A stretch of DNA of 61,804 nt, the filler included, from Globobulimina sp. (lineage: Eukaryota): the NCBI GenBank assembly GCA_003354225.1. It is 24 parts of 24 records of this genome, joined end to end, with 100 filler letters (N's around TTAATTAATTAA, not from the genome) between each part and the next. Parts side by side here need not be neighbours in the genome. Positions count along the whole stretch, not along the records: positions 49,015 to 51,492 come from PIVH01006445.1; positions 51,593 to 54,070 come from PIVH01006446.1; positions 54,171 to 56,648 come from PIVH01006447.1; positions 56,749 to 59,226 come from PIVH01006448.1; positions 59,327 to 61,804 come from PIVH01006449.1; 19 more parts are not named here. The stretch is one strand, 5' to 3'. Below, piece after piece: positions 49,015 to 61,804 of the stretch. The first letter of the stretch is position 1; each line of letters opens with the position of its first letter. Made by a program: the position numbers and the translations under genes. The notes under the pieces were generated by a model. That model worked only from the letters and a program-made list of their open reading frames with translations. It searched no databases and was not told the origin of the DNA.

Positions 49015-51200
49015 ACTGCTGGAGGTAGCAAAGAAGCTGATATTGCCACACCAACAACAGTCGATAAATAATCACCCAACACAGACAATGCTACGCCAAC
49101 CCCGGAGGCCGCCGCAATGAAAGCACCATCTGCTAATGACCAGGGATTGCCTCTTGACTCCATCTCTGAGGTTGGCCAATCGTTTCTATTTTTGGTGCCC
49201 AACGCGTAGAAAAACCCAACCACAAATCCAATGAGAAGACATATCAAAAGACTAAAACATTCATTTCTTGCTCCTAACTTAGCCAATGGCCAATTCCCCA
49301 AAGTTACACCAAATGTAACTGCCAAAACTATCCAAAACGTTTTGTTTTCAGCAGACAATAATAAATATTTAACATACCTGGACCCATTATTGGCTGTAAT
49401 GTGTTATATTTATTTTACATATTTAGTATGTAACAAAACAAAAAATGGAGAAATGTAACTTACAGATACGAGCATCGACGCCACGACAATAACTGCAGAA
49501 TCTGTAGCCAATCCACCTGTGACAGTACGTTTTTTCATACAACACCACATTCACTGAGCTATACAGGAAAAAACATACCGACAGCAATCATAGATGCTAT
49601 GGTAAGCATACAGAAATAATCCTATTTATACCACATATTAATTAAGTGTACGACAACAAAAACACAACATACAAATGTTAACGCTGCAGAATTCATAATC
49701 CGTTCGATAACAACTTGTATGGCTTTATGCGATTGGACCGATGCATAAAAGCCAGTGGACGCAGCATTTTGAGGCAAGACTTGCTGTTCAATTGTTTTCG
49801 CCGCATTCCTCCAATCAACAGATGTCGCGGAAATAACTCCCATTTGGCGACCGACACCGACATCGGTCAAAGAGTCCATTACACCTATTATGGATACATG
49901 CATTTAGCAGCAAATAAATAAATAGATATCATACGTTCACTGGTCGCAGAATTTGGTGTTGTGAATATCATTAAATAGTGCTTGGGATCTGGGCTCATAA
50001 TGCTATATTTCGTACATCCCGCTAAGTCCATTGCCTTTGTCACAATGGCTCGACAATCGATTTGTATCAGCTTACTCTCATTATCTTTGCCAATGAGAGC
50101 GGTTAAAAGTTGTTCCTTAAACTCGGGACACACCGTTTCCGCAGTTACAACTTGTCCAACTTGCTCATATTTCTTCGCCTCATTCACAATTCGATCACTT
50201 CCACGAAGATCCAACCGCAGTGCAATGTGCTTCTTCCATTTCCAAGGCCGTATTCGAATAAATTGAGCGCGGATAACTGGCCACAACCGGACCTCTGCCG
50301 TGTGATATTGCCATTTCTCTGTATTTGGACTATAATTAATCTCCAATGATGCACTCGATTCTGGCTTCAATTCACCTGCGATGGGCTTTGACTGATTGCT
50401 GGAATCTAAAACTTGCGATTTCACATAAACACATTTAATAACACGCATCGGATGGCTCTCTGTATCACATTTACTTAGTATTAATATGTGAAAACGTTTA
50501 AAAAAAGTCATAATTAACTCCAAGAGCATAAATCATCGCTATATTCGATCCAGAACTCTTTAACAAAGGCGGTGTGGTCCTGTGATCCCTGAATTTGTAT
50601 GGAATCGACAATCTTTTTGGAACCTAAGTCAATGCAAACCCAGACATCTCTGGATTTTTCATTTTTTTTGGTCGGAGACCAATGCGAATGAGGTGTGTTT
50701 AGACGGATATGTTGGGGCAGAAATTGCTGTTTTTTTTCATCATTTTCAAGAAATGAGCTAACTAATATGGCATCGTCAGGTATTTGATATTTGTTATCTT
50801 CATTTTCGAATTTCAAACCTAAGGATTTGCTGTCATCGAAGGTAGGGATATCTTCTCTGAATGTAAAGTTTATGGAGGAATGGCCATTATGCGCTATTTT
50901 GTGCTGTACCATTTCTGGCGACAATGGAATGTTGTTTGCTGCTAAAAAGATTCCATTTCGTTTCTCTGTTGCTAAGTTATCACCGTTTATGGAAACTATA
51001 CAGAGGCCTTTTTTTAATCGCTCATCGCTTATTGCTATACAAGTTGCATTTTCATAATCAATCTCTTTAATGTATGCCACTCCTTTTTCGGTTACATCCA
51101 CTTCGATCGGTAAGTCATCTGCGTGCGGGAAAGAGATGCAAAATTCTTCTTGCACTTCAAAGCAATATTTAGGGAAATAAACTGTAAATAATTGCGACAT
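49015..51200 (-). CDS. Discoidin (F5/8 type C) + DUF389 membrane protein, multi-exon, 3'-partial
   Basis: WVCIDLGSKKIVDSIQIQG..FVKEFWIEYSDD, AQFIRIRPWKW..IALRLDLRG; VVVASMLVS, IAAASGVGVALS..VVGVAISASLLPPA. Confidence 0.75.
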
Positions 51201-51261
51201 GATGTGTAGTGTTGAGAAGCAGGACAGTTTTTTTAATCCTCATTATATATATTCCTCAAAG

Positions 51262-51421
51262 AATGGCAGCTGTGAGAGAAACGACAGAAGGGAGCGGCGA
51301 GGTAGATTTAGAAACATGGTTAAAAGGTAATAGGTTGTCATCATTGTTAGAAAACACAAGGTTTATGAAACATGAGTTGTTGGTCAAAGACTTTTTGGAA
51401 TTTGATGAAAATGACTTGAAG
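51262..51421 (+). CDS. First exon of a SAM-domain-like protein, 3'-partial
   Basis: MAAVRETTEG..LETWLKGNRLSSL..DFLEFDENDL followed by a GTTAAT donor. Confidence 0.4.
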
Positions 51422-51592
51422 TTAATTAATTTATTATTTTATACATAATCATCGCAATAAATTAACTGCTGTTTTTTCCAAGCAATTTTGTGNNNNNNNN
51501 NNNNNNNNNNNNNNNNNNNNNNNNNNNNNNNNNNNNTTAATTAATTAANNNNNNNNNNNNNNNNNNNNNNNNNNNNNNNNNNNNNNNNNNNN

Positions 51593-52874
51593 GATACATG
51601 ACGTGAAAAAATTAGCCTTTCGATGTATGATACCCGCAATGATATGGATACCTTACCAACAAATTTATTATTATATGCGAGGTGGACATGAGAACAGATA
51701 TTTGGACGAATCCATTTATGATTTTTTTACCAGAAATTTTGGGCAAACCGTCACAAATATTCTAGCCTCGTCCTTTGTGAATGGAGTATATGGCGGCGGA
51801 ATGAATGACTTATCCATCAAATCCTGTTCGCCATTTAATATGATAAAGGACATGGAAATAGAATATGGCTCATATTTTATTGGTGCAATGCGCGGAATGC
51901 TCACACGAACAAAAGAAAAAAGCAATGACTCTGAGGATAACAATGATCATTTGATGGATACGTTGAGTAAAATGGGTTCATTTACTTTTCAGAATGGTTT
52001 GCAACAAATAATTGATGCACTCGTTGATACGCTAAGTAATGATCAAAATGTCGAGTTATATAATAATTGCAATGTAAATGCAATGTCTTATTCGTCGGAT
52101 AAACAATGTGTGCAATTGTCTGTGGATGAAAACGAATTTGAGTTTGATTATATTATAAATGCAGTTCAACCAAGTCATTGTGCATCGTTTTTGGATTCAA
52201 ATTCGGATTTAAAGCAATTTAATTCGTCCTCGTCCTTGATTCTCGTCAATATGTTATTTAAAAACAAAGAATTCATTCAAAGTATAAATGATAAATTTAA
52301 AGGATTTGGCATATTATTTCCAAGGCAGTGTGACAATATAAATAATTTTCATTACAGTAATGATAATTCATTGTTAGGAATAATTTATTATTCGTCTGTG
52401 TATCCTTTTTGTGCGGAGGATGACGTCTTATCATTGGTTTTGATGTTTGGTGGACCACAGTTTGACACACATTCATTGACAGAAAAGGAAATTATAAGTC
52501 TTTGTAAGTTGAAATTAATGGAAATATATGACATTGATATTGATGCCGATAATGAAAAGGAGATAAGTTGTGATGATAATAATATTAGTAATCCACTGGA
52601 AATATTTAATATAAATAATAAGGATTATATGGATGCAGATATTGTGTATAATATCAATCGATTAAGTAAAGGAATTGAACATTATAAAGTTGGACATAAG
52701 GATAAGTTGCAAGATTTACGTAATCATTTATCAAAAGTGTATGATAATAAAGTGTATCTTGTTGGAAGTGGTTATGATGGCGTTGGTATTCCAGACTGCA
52801 TTATGTCTGCTTATAAATCTGTAAACAACATAGCAGATATAATAACAAAACATTCCACAAAACAATGTAGATAA
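51593..52874 (+). CDS. PPOX: Protoporphyrinogen oxidase (HemY/PPOX), 5'-partial
   Basis: DESIYDFFTRNFG, GVYGG..LSIKSC, FTFQNGLQQI, GFGILFP, LGIIY.S, YKVGH, GSGYDGVGIPDCI. Confidence 0.9.
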
Positions 52875-53203
52875 ACAATTATCAATGGACTCAAAATTCA
52901 CTCCATTGTAATTTTTAACGTTTATATTTCCCGCATGCATGCCATCAGGGTCTGATTTTAATTGAAAACACTATCATTTTGGCACTGCACTAAAAAGATA
53001 TATCCCATTGGATACCCCCTCCCTTTTGATTATACCCAAAATTGTATCTATATCAATATCATTGTTAGAAACTGCTTTCACTGCCGTGTCCTTGCACATG
53101 TTTTGTGTTTGTTTATCAGGGTTAAATCTGTATATTAAAGATATGATAAACGACACACCACAAAAATGAATAAAATGATATTGTTTACACTCAAATATGT
53201 AGT

Positions 53204-54070
53204 TTACACCACCAGAGGAGTCTCCACATTGGGATTATTATCTTTTGTGACAATGGCATGCACCTCATTGGGATTATTACCTTTTGGCTCTCTTACGAAC
53301 GATACTTCTGCTTTCTTTTTTGTCTCGTTTCTATATTTAACAATACAAACCACACAAAAAAATACAACTATTGCAGCAATTACCAGGCCAATAATGAGAC
53401 CAACTTTGTCATTACTATCTGTATCATTTGATGAATTTGATGGTGGAGCATGAGGATACCAAACAGCAATACCACTATCAGGAGGTGGTGAGATTATAAA
53501 TTTATATATTTCAATACCACAACTTACAGAACCATTATATAATAATGGTTGACCATTTGATACATTATATTTCATAGCTTCTACAAAAAATATTACATTA
53601 CAACTATTTGGTTTGGCTACATGTTGAATTTCTGATGCATGAGATATTGCATTCCATTCATATTTATATTTGGCAAAATTATAAACATTCATTTCCATTT
53701 GGCGCCATCCACCGCTTTGTTGCCATTGAGATGATTGAGGAACAACATTAAGACTTATATCGGGTCCACCATTTGATAACGCCATCAAATGTCCTTTATC
53801 TAAACCAGAATCACTTCCTGTTGGATATCCATTGTATGGGTTTGGTGCTGATGGCCTACCTGTTGTTGAAATTGGTAATACAATACCTTCCAACCTCAAA
53901 ATCTGTCCTGGAATATCTCCTACCCACTCAGTATAATTAATGCTTACATTTCCTGACCTATTTGTTTGTTATATAATAACACGCGAAATTCTTTACACAT
54001 AACACACATATCATATATACCATGATGGCCGGTAATATGTCACACTCGATGTCGACCATATGATATTTGT
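53204..54070 (-). CDS. DNA/RNA non-specific (His-Me finger) endonuclease with C-terminal TM, 5'-partial
   Basis: DKGHLMALSNGGPD..NVVPQ..WQQSGGWRQME matches the DRGH..LGG..N..PQ..W..E signature; TM GLIIGLVIAAIVVFFCVVCIV. Confidence 0.75.
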
Positions 54071-54990
54071 NNNNNNNNNNNNNNNNNNNNNNNNNNNNNN
54101 NNNNNNNNNNNNNNTTAATTAATTAANNNNNNNNNNNNNNNNNNNNNNNNNNNNNNNNNNNNNNNNNNNNCTATTCGAGACATTTATTGGTTATTATTGT
54201 CAAGAACTTATGCAATTTCCATATTACATTGTGTTAGTGAAAAGTAATTATTCGGAACTATTATTATCTGAATATATGAAACAGTCTGGATTCGCTTTAG
54301 ACATTGAACAACGAAAGAAATATGAAGGCGTGGGTACGTCGATGAAAGTAAAATGGGTTTACGTTGGCAAGAATGTCGACAATGTGAACAAAGTGAACAA
54401 AATATATAAATATAATACCAAACTGAACAAAAAGCATAAATATAATACCAAACTGAGCAAAATATATAGAAATAATAAGAGAAAATATCAGTATAATCGA
54501 TGGTGATGAGAACATGGACAATGTTTGAATGACAATATGTAAATCAAAATATAGGGATTTATTTATATTGTTATTTGTCTTATACTTTAAATTCGTGATG
54601 TATAGAATATTACATCCATACGCCCATATAATATAAACAGGCAGCTCAGCTATATCGAAACATCGCTTTTTCAAAATCGTTTTTGTCGCAACATTCGTTA
54701 AAGTAACACACTGTATAATTTCCTAATAGCCTACTGGTTTCATGTCAGCTGCTAGTTCCGTGAAAGCGGTGTCTAGATGATGTCCGCTGTGTTTTTGTAG
54801 CAATTGTCGATATTCATATTGACATTCAATAGACCATAAATGTTGAATAATCTGTTGTTGATAAAGGAATTGAGATGCTGTAACTGCGCCAATCGTTGTA
54901 TTTAAAGAATTGATATGTTTGTCTGAGTGCAAGGATGTGAAAAAAATAATAAATTAAAACAATCAAAGTTAGAAGAATCAAATTGCAAAT

Positions 54991-56321
54991 TTAAACACCA
55001 GAAATAAATGTTTTCATTACATTTGTTATTCGTGTCCTACAAATTGGACATCGATTATCATGTTTACGCGATTCATTTGCACTGTCAATACATGTATATT
55101 ATATTATTAATTGCATAAAACATATCGGATATCAGATACATACCAATCGAAGCAATAAGGCTGATGGCCGCAGGGACATAGGACACATTGAATGCATTTC
55201 GACAAACAAGCACAGCACCGATTGCCTTTCACAATAAACTCATTGTCCATGTTCATTCGCAACAAGTTATTTACATTTTGGATTAACAGGTTTTGGTCTT
55301 TTTCATTGGTTAAACCTAATAAATTCAAACAAATCGACGACGACAATTCCTGCAAGTTTTGGCCTGAAATACATTGTTTTACTAAATTCTGAAAAAATAT
55401 TTTGTATTCTTTGCAATTAAAATGTCCATTTTCAATATTTTGGATCCAAATAATTAAATTTGTGGTGTCAAAGGATTGATTTTCAGATTCTAATTCTTTA
55501 AATCTTTTCAGTTTGTTTTCTTTTAAATTGGTCACAATTTGTTTCATTTTAATGGAGTCGATAATTCTTTTAATTTTATATTTATTGTTGGCGATATGCT
55601 GTGTGCTCAAACCATTCAATTCAGAGACGGACTTATCTCGCAATGATGTAATGGCTGCTTTCGAAGTGGATAAATTTGTTAATTCTGCCGATAATAATTT
55701 TATTTTATACTGGATTTTTTGCATTTTCTCGTCAAAAAGATTGCATTTTATTTCTTGTTCGTGGTTCACAGAAAGCAACGCATTGTTTATTAACACATTT
55801 GTATAATACATGGAGTCATCGATGGCGCGGCACATTTTCCCCTTTTTTTGCCCGAAATGTTGCACCAAATTATTTAATTCACACATATTTAAATCTGAAT
55901 TATCTTCAATTTTACATAAGGACAAGGCGCAAAGTGTTGGTGCCGAACGAATATCGGCCGATAACTGCGAGGTTTTCTCTTCGATGAACAATTCCTCTTT
56001 TTTTAAATGCTCAATGTTGGAATTTAACTTAGTGATGGAAGCATTAATTCGCTCCCTTTCAATCTTAAACCAATCCGAATCGTCATTATATAATACAATT
56101 ATGGTCGAATTATTAGTGAGGCCATAATAGGAACATAAGCGACTGCCACAGACTAAGATTTTATTATTAAAGCGCAAGATTTGTCGAACCGGCGCTATGC
56201 CGCATTTGTCATAGATTTCACGTCGTAAATTGTCGATTAATTCGTCAAATGAGAGTGTTAACACAAATGTTTGTCCGCCGCATCCATTCGTATTTGTTGC
56301 AGATGTCGACACATTCACCAT
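54991..56321 (-). CDS. Ubiquitin-like + coiled-coil + SAM-like + C3HC4 RING E3 ligase; intron 55082-55143
   Basis: N-terminal Ubl (GIAPVRQILRFNNKIL). RING CCAC..PCGHQPYCFDC is completed by the spliced exon ANESRKHDNRCPICRTRI. Confidence 0.82.
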
Positions 56322-56505
56322 TGGCTTAATAAATCTTTTTTTTATTTAATTCTTATTGTTTGGACACAAAACAATTAAACAAAACATACATACATTTGAA
56401 TCTTGTTCATTCTGTCCAAGTAATTTAAGGCGGTTATGACCAAAGTCAGCTAGTCAAGTCAGAAAACAGCAAAACAAAAAACATCAGAACCCATGTTTGC
56501 TGATA

Positions 56506-56554
56506 TCGAAACTGACAGACTGATCGAAACTGACAGACTGCTCGAAACTGACAG
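56506..56554. repeat. Tandem repeat, ~18-bp unit TCGAAACTGACAGACTG x3
   Basis: Directly visible upstream of the Ubl-RING gene. Confidence 0.8.
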
Positions 56555-56748
56555 AGTGCAAAGCATTGCAAATGATGATTTGGCAGTGCTCGGAATTGCG
56601 GATCAAAGCGATTTAGGAAAATGATAGTAAACAAAAGCATTTAATTACNNNNNNNNNNNNNNNNNNNNNNNNNNNNNNNNNNNNNNNNNNNNTTAATTAA
56701 TTAANNNNNNNNNNNNNNNNNNNNNNNNNNNNNNNNNNNNNNNNNNNN

Positions 56749-58338
56749 AATGCTATTTGGCTCTATGATGGCTCTCGTTCCAATGTGTTTTTATGTGAAA
56801 TCCTCGTATTTGTTGGGCGCTTTCTTGGCGGGAATCATGTTATGCACAGACCACACCATTCACCACGCCTGGGATAAGCAGATGAAACGCATCATGGCGT
56901 GGATGTTGCGCATTTTCTTTGCCTGCACCATAGGATTCGCAGTGCCGATCCTCGACTTTTTGTCCGACTCCAAAATTGTATATGATGCCTTGATTTATTT
57001 CATAGCAGTCATTGGCAAATTGGCCACAGGTATTTTCATTTTTAGTTTATAGGAGAAACAGTGTTGAATGCACACAAACTGTTCCATTTTATGCATCGTA
57101 TATTTGTACACTTATAATGTTTCTATGTGTCTGTATACACTCAAAACGCAGGTTTTTTCGCCACCAGCCGACCAATACAGGTGACAGAATTTTGTATGAT
57201 ATCGTTTTCCATGGCTGCCTGGGGCGAATTTGCTTTTATTTTAGCCACACAAGCGTACGGCGCGGGGATCATTACCAAAGACACCATGACCTCCGTATTG
57301 ATGGCAGTGTTGTTGTCTGTCATCATCGCGCCGTTAGGATTACGCGCAGACCTTCAAATCATGAAAAAGCAAAAACAGTTTTATATGCAAGAGAAACGAA
57401 AAGAAACCATAATGTCCATCAATTCCATCACTTTGTCCCAGCAACATCGGTCACCCATTGCTGATTTTAGTGGAGGCGTAACCCCCGCGGACAGCGAACG
57501 GCGGAAAAGCAGTGTGTTGAGCGCCGAACACGAGGTTTATTATTGTATCCATACCAACACCGCAGGAAAATGGGGGCATCAAAACAATTTATTAAAGAGT
57601 TTATATGGGTTATCCTTGGAAATCATCGATTTTCGCTCATTCAATGAGCCGCAGGATAATTATTCGCATATTATCGTACAAAATATATTTTATGTCAAAG
57701 ATACCAAATTGTCATTGTTGCCCAGTCGCCGATTGCATATTGCCAGCAAACGAAGATTGTCCGAGCGGGTCAAGCAAATATTAAATACGATCCATATCGC
57801 CTTACAAGACAAGGAGGCCAAGGTGGTGATATCGCGGTGGTTGCCAGGGATCCGGCAAAAGGACGATATCGCGCTAAAGAAGAGCGATGTGAGTGAGGTG
57901 GGGCAGATCAAAGTGATTCCGTTAAAGAAGGCAATATCGGTAAAGTATGTACGGAATAGTGCTTATAAACAGGCGCGCATTGCTCTGTCGTATGCGAGGT
58001 TGCCAATAGAGACCGCTGGCGATGAGGAGGAGGATGAGGAGAAACATGGAGAACATGGGAAACGAAAGAAATATGAGGACAATTATAATGTGCTTAATGC
58101 ACAAAGTGATGAGTTGGTGACATTGGTGGATGAGGAGCATGAAGATCGGGATGAGGAACATACGCAGGATACGATGAGTTTGAATATAGTGTATGGCGAT
58201 GAACATCATCAACCACCGACGCCATCGGTGCATTCGGTGGAATTGAGTGGCAATGTCCAGGGAGGATCGGCTTTTGGTGCCGTTGTTACATCGAATCCTA
58301 ACACGCCTTTATTAAAAAGTACTAAAGATTCTGTCTAA
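56749..58338 (+). CDS. Cation/proton antiporter (CPA2 / Na_H_Exchanger) with ACT-like cytosolic tail; 5'-partial; one intron
   Basis: SYLLGAFLAG, IFFACTIGFAVP, GKLATG, MAAWGEFAFILA. Confidence 0.85.
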
Positions 58339-58490
58339 AAATCTTAAAAATTAACCTCTTATAAGTCTTATATATTTTATTACATATTATTTTCCTATAT
58401 CGATACGATACCTCTTATATTAATTTATTACATTTTTTTTCTAAACGTTTAAACTTTTCAACGTATAATCTTAAGACACATAATATTAAT

Positions 58491-59226
58491 TTACAATTCT
58501 TCAATAGATATTCCATCTCCATTTTCATCAAAATTATCAGATATATTATTTGCATATTTTGGTTTGAATTTCTTATGCGTACTCATTACAGAATTGATTG
58601 TTTGTTCTGTATTATCATTTGTTTTTATCCTCATATTTCTGCTGGTTCTTCTCATCATATATTTTGTAATCACACCAACATCTTTACAATATTCAGCACC
58701 AACACCTTTTCCAATCCATTTTATCATTTTTGAAGTTATCTTTGTTGCTCTGTTTAATCTCTGCCACATTGGAACGAGCTTTGGCGGATAATCCTCAATC
58801 ATTGATTTTTTATGTCCAAAACATTCAACGTGAACTCCAACACATATAAATTTATTGTCTTTTTTAATTAAATATCCATTATCATCACATAAAAAAACCG
58901 GTGCACCAGAAATACCGGGAGTAATATCCACATTATGACCAAATTGATTTGCAACTCTTGTTTTACTTTGAATTTCAGTCGGAACATACTTTCCTTTTTC
59001 ACTTTTATTTGCGTGGCGATATTTGAAAGTAAATTGTATTGGATTCAATGATCGAATGGATCCAGTTCCAGAATCAAAGGTGTTTGCGCCGGAATAACCA
59101 TCAATTCGTACGGATAAACCAAGTAAATGATCGTTAAATCTTTTTAACTCTTCATAATAATCAAAATTAAGAAATGAAATTGCATGTTGATCATAAGAAT
59201 AATTCTTCCATTTAATATTTGTAATA
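58491..59226 (-). CDS. Trypsin-like (V8-type) serine protease, 5'-partial
   Basis: IDGYSG, HNVDITPGISGAPVF (GxSG), CVGVH. Confidence 0.65.
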
Positions 59227-59530
59227 NNNNNNNNNNNNNNNNNNNNNNNNNNNNNNNNNNNNNNNNNNNNTTAATTAATTAANNNNNNNNNNNNNNNNNN
59301 NNNNNNNNNNNNNNNNNNNNNNNNNNTTGCAAAACAAAAACAAAGTCGTTCGTTCCATCACCCACCGCATCCAAAGCAACCCTCAATGCCGAACCAGTTA
59401 CATAACTTACACTATCCCAGCAATTATATTATAAGCATCCAAAAAACAACACACAAAAAACAAAACATAGGGTTTCGAATTCCCCAAAGCCAAATTAGAA
59501 ACAATACCAGAATCGCCAGGCATTGCTGCG

Positions 59531-61804
59531 TTGAAACAACATAAATCATTCACACCCAAAACACCTCAGAAACACCCACAAAAACAGCAACAGCCACAGC
59601 AACACACTCAAAATCCTCCATTCGTACACACGCCGACTTTCCCACTGCCATTAAACTTACCCCCTTTCTATCCAAACCCCAACGACACTCTCGCTTTGAT
59701 CCCCGCCATCGACCAGAATGGCTTACTAGTGATGATCCCACCTTCCTTAGCCACGCCAGTTCAGTCTCTCTCTATCATAACTTATAAAGTACATACTTCA
59801 TCACACTCCGTTTCCATACAAAAGGGCTCTTTGTTCACTCCAATCCTCCCTCCACAGCCTCCGTTGCACGACGACAACAACGAAAACCTGTACAATTCCA
59901 TGGAAATCGACCACAACGACACCGACGACAAATATAAAACCATCCGACAGCAAGCAAACAGCATCGAGCAGCAATACGACGACAAAAACATCCAATCCTT
60001 ACCCAAATCCAGCACGAAAAAGTACTCCAACACATTCTTGTTACGCTCCCGCAAAGTTAAGCGATCTCAAAAAGTGCGCGTGTCCATGCCGTGTATGCAA
60101 TGTATAACATATTTGTACGTAGGTCTTGAGCGTCGGAGAGCAGCCGCAACCCAAACCAGACTTGGATATTTTGAACAACATCCCTGATGAGCTCCAATTC
60201 CTCACTCAAAAACAGAAACCGTTCGGCCTCAAAGCTCCAAATGCACCACAATCGCAATTTGATTCCTTCGCAAATTTAAATCATTTACCCATTCCAGTGC
60301 CGGTTCCCTCGATGCTGGGCTTAAACGGATTGAATTTGATCCCGCAGCCTCCGCCCATCGCAGACATGCAATCTTTGTTGTTCATGGTATGAATATTCAT
60401 CGCTTTGTCATGTTCACATTTCACCGTTCACGCAATTTCAATTTGCATCGTGTACAAATTAATAAACTCAGAATAATTTCGCTGCTCCATTCCCAATGTC
60501 GTACCCATTCAATATGGCGCTCTGCAACGCCGCCACCACCACAACGGCCGCCTGTGTCGACGCAGAATCGTCGACGTCGACACACCAACAGGTATTAGGC
60601 AGCAAAGTGGTGTATTTGGTCGAAGACGGCAACAAAGCGAACCGTGGCTTTGCGCAATATTCGCGTACGCCGACACCGGCCACCAGCCCCAATCCGAAGC
60701 GCTGCAAACAGTCCTTAAATGGGATGAAATTCGAACGCCGTCGGAACAAGGAAGTACATGAATGTTTCAAGGACAATCCGGATTTGTTTGCCTTTGGCGG
60801 CTACGACAGTGTAATGCAAAAAGTAACCTATCAAATCCCGCAAAACAACAGCCACAGCGAGCTCGACGAAGGACAGGAAGCGGTGAAATTGATCAGCGGC
60901 ATTTTAAACAAGTTGACGCCGCAAAACAACAAGCGATTATTAGGCGTAGTTTTGTATAAATTACGCGTCACGTCGCTGAACACGCTGTGTGTGGTGGCCG
61001 AGGCCTTCCATTCACGCATAATTATGCAAAAACCCTTAGTCCGCATGTACTGCAACTTTTTATTTGCGCTGAAACTGTCTGTTGAGCACAACTCATTGCT
61101 GGGCATTATCGTCGACTTAATCTGGAAACAAATCGATAGTCAATACGAGATTCACGAGACTTTTTGTGTGCGGCGCAGCAAAATCGAGCAATATTTGGGC
61201 GTGGAAGCACTGAGCGAGAGTATGGGAGAGATTTATTACGATCGGCAGGATTTGAACGACTTAACGGAAGAATACAATGCGTGGCTGGAGGGGTTGTACG
61301 GTAATTATGTGTTGTTGGTGGAGCTATTCATCAATACTTCGTGTACGCTGTTTGAGTACGGCCGCTTTCATGCGATATTATGCGATCTGATCGCCAGTAA
61401 CAAGGAGTGGACGTGGAACATTCTATACATTGTGCTGATATTCCACGGCGTGGCGTTGCAGAAATTGTATACGAAGGAGTTGGAGCAATATTTGGAGAGC
61501 ATCGACGAGTTAATCGACGGCATACATTACAACAAAGAGGACAACAATAAGTACAGACACATTCCATTGCGGATTAAGTATTTATTGATGGACGTTCAGG
61601 AACACATCGAGACGAAAAATGCGTGCCATTTGAAGGGGTTTATGCAGCCACAGAAATTGCACGATATTCATGCGGAATTTTGTAAGGAAAACAATATGAC
61701 ACAGCAGCAACTGAGGAAGTTATTGTCGTTGTCGAATATTGAATATTCGCATCATAATAATAATAATCAGCGGGAAAATAATAACAATCGGAATAATAAC
61801 TATC
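59531..61804 (+). CDS. eIF4G-like protein with MIF4G domain, multi-exon, 3'-partial (last exon from 60472 is open to the window end)
   Basis: YSNTFLL matches the eIF4E-binding YxxxxL-hydrophobic motif. Manual translation gives VKLISGILNKLTPQN, RMYCNFL, GNYVLLVELF, IPLRIKYLLMDV. Confidence 0.78.

Noticed and set aside
54407-54462. 30-bp direct repeat ATAAATATAATACCAAACTGA x2
   Set aside because: Only two copies in low-complexity sequence with no spacer structure
2482-59326. Regularly spaced TTAATTAATTAA repeats resembling an array
   Set aside because: Synthetic six-frame-stop linker inside N spacers, not CRISPR or a biological repeat
1-61804. Apparent gene neighbourhoods or operon-like systems across the window (e.g. 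Ub-Hint with ART, RING ligase or recombinase)
   Set aside because: The contigs are length-sorted and artificially concatenated; only within-contig linkage is real

Overview
This is not one locus. It is 24 unrelated, length-sorted contigs of about 2.48 kb (2481 down to 2478 nt) joined by 100-nt N spacers that carry TTAATTAATTAA all-frame stops, so adjacency across spacers means nothing and many genes are truncated. The DNA is AT-rich eukaryotic nuclear genome with short (~60-70 nt) GT-AG introns. Gene content suggests a rhizarian protist, probably a foraminiferan (inference). Recognisable genes include a PPR protein, CFAP299, an ACBD6-like protein, kinases, a RhoGEF, a DENN protein, PPOX, the SYF1/XAB2 C-terminus, an eIF4G-like protein, a CPA2 antiporter, a C-type lectin, a selenoprotein S with penultimate UGA, R-S-E ADP-ribosyltransferase-like paralogues and a decayed DIRS-type retrotransposon. 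The standout is contig 7744-10224: an uncharacterised conserved domain fused to tandem ubiquitin-Hint(intein-like)-Ala-ubiquitin-Hint modules, with each Hint Cys1 directly after the ubiquitin Gly-Gly. It is a candidate self-processing, E1-independent ubiquitin activation/ligation polyprotein, with ciliate BUBL proteins as the known precedent.
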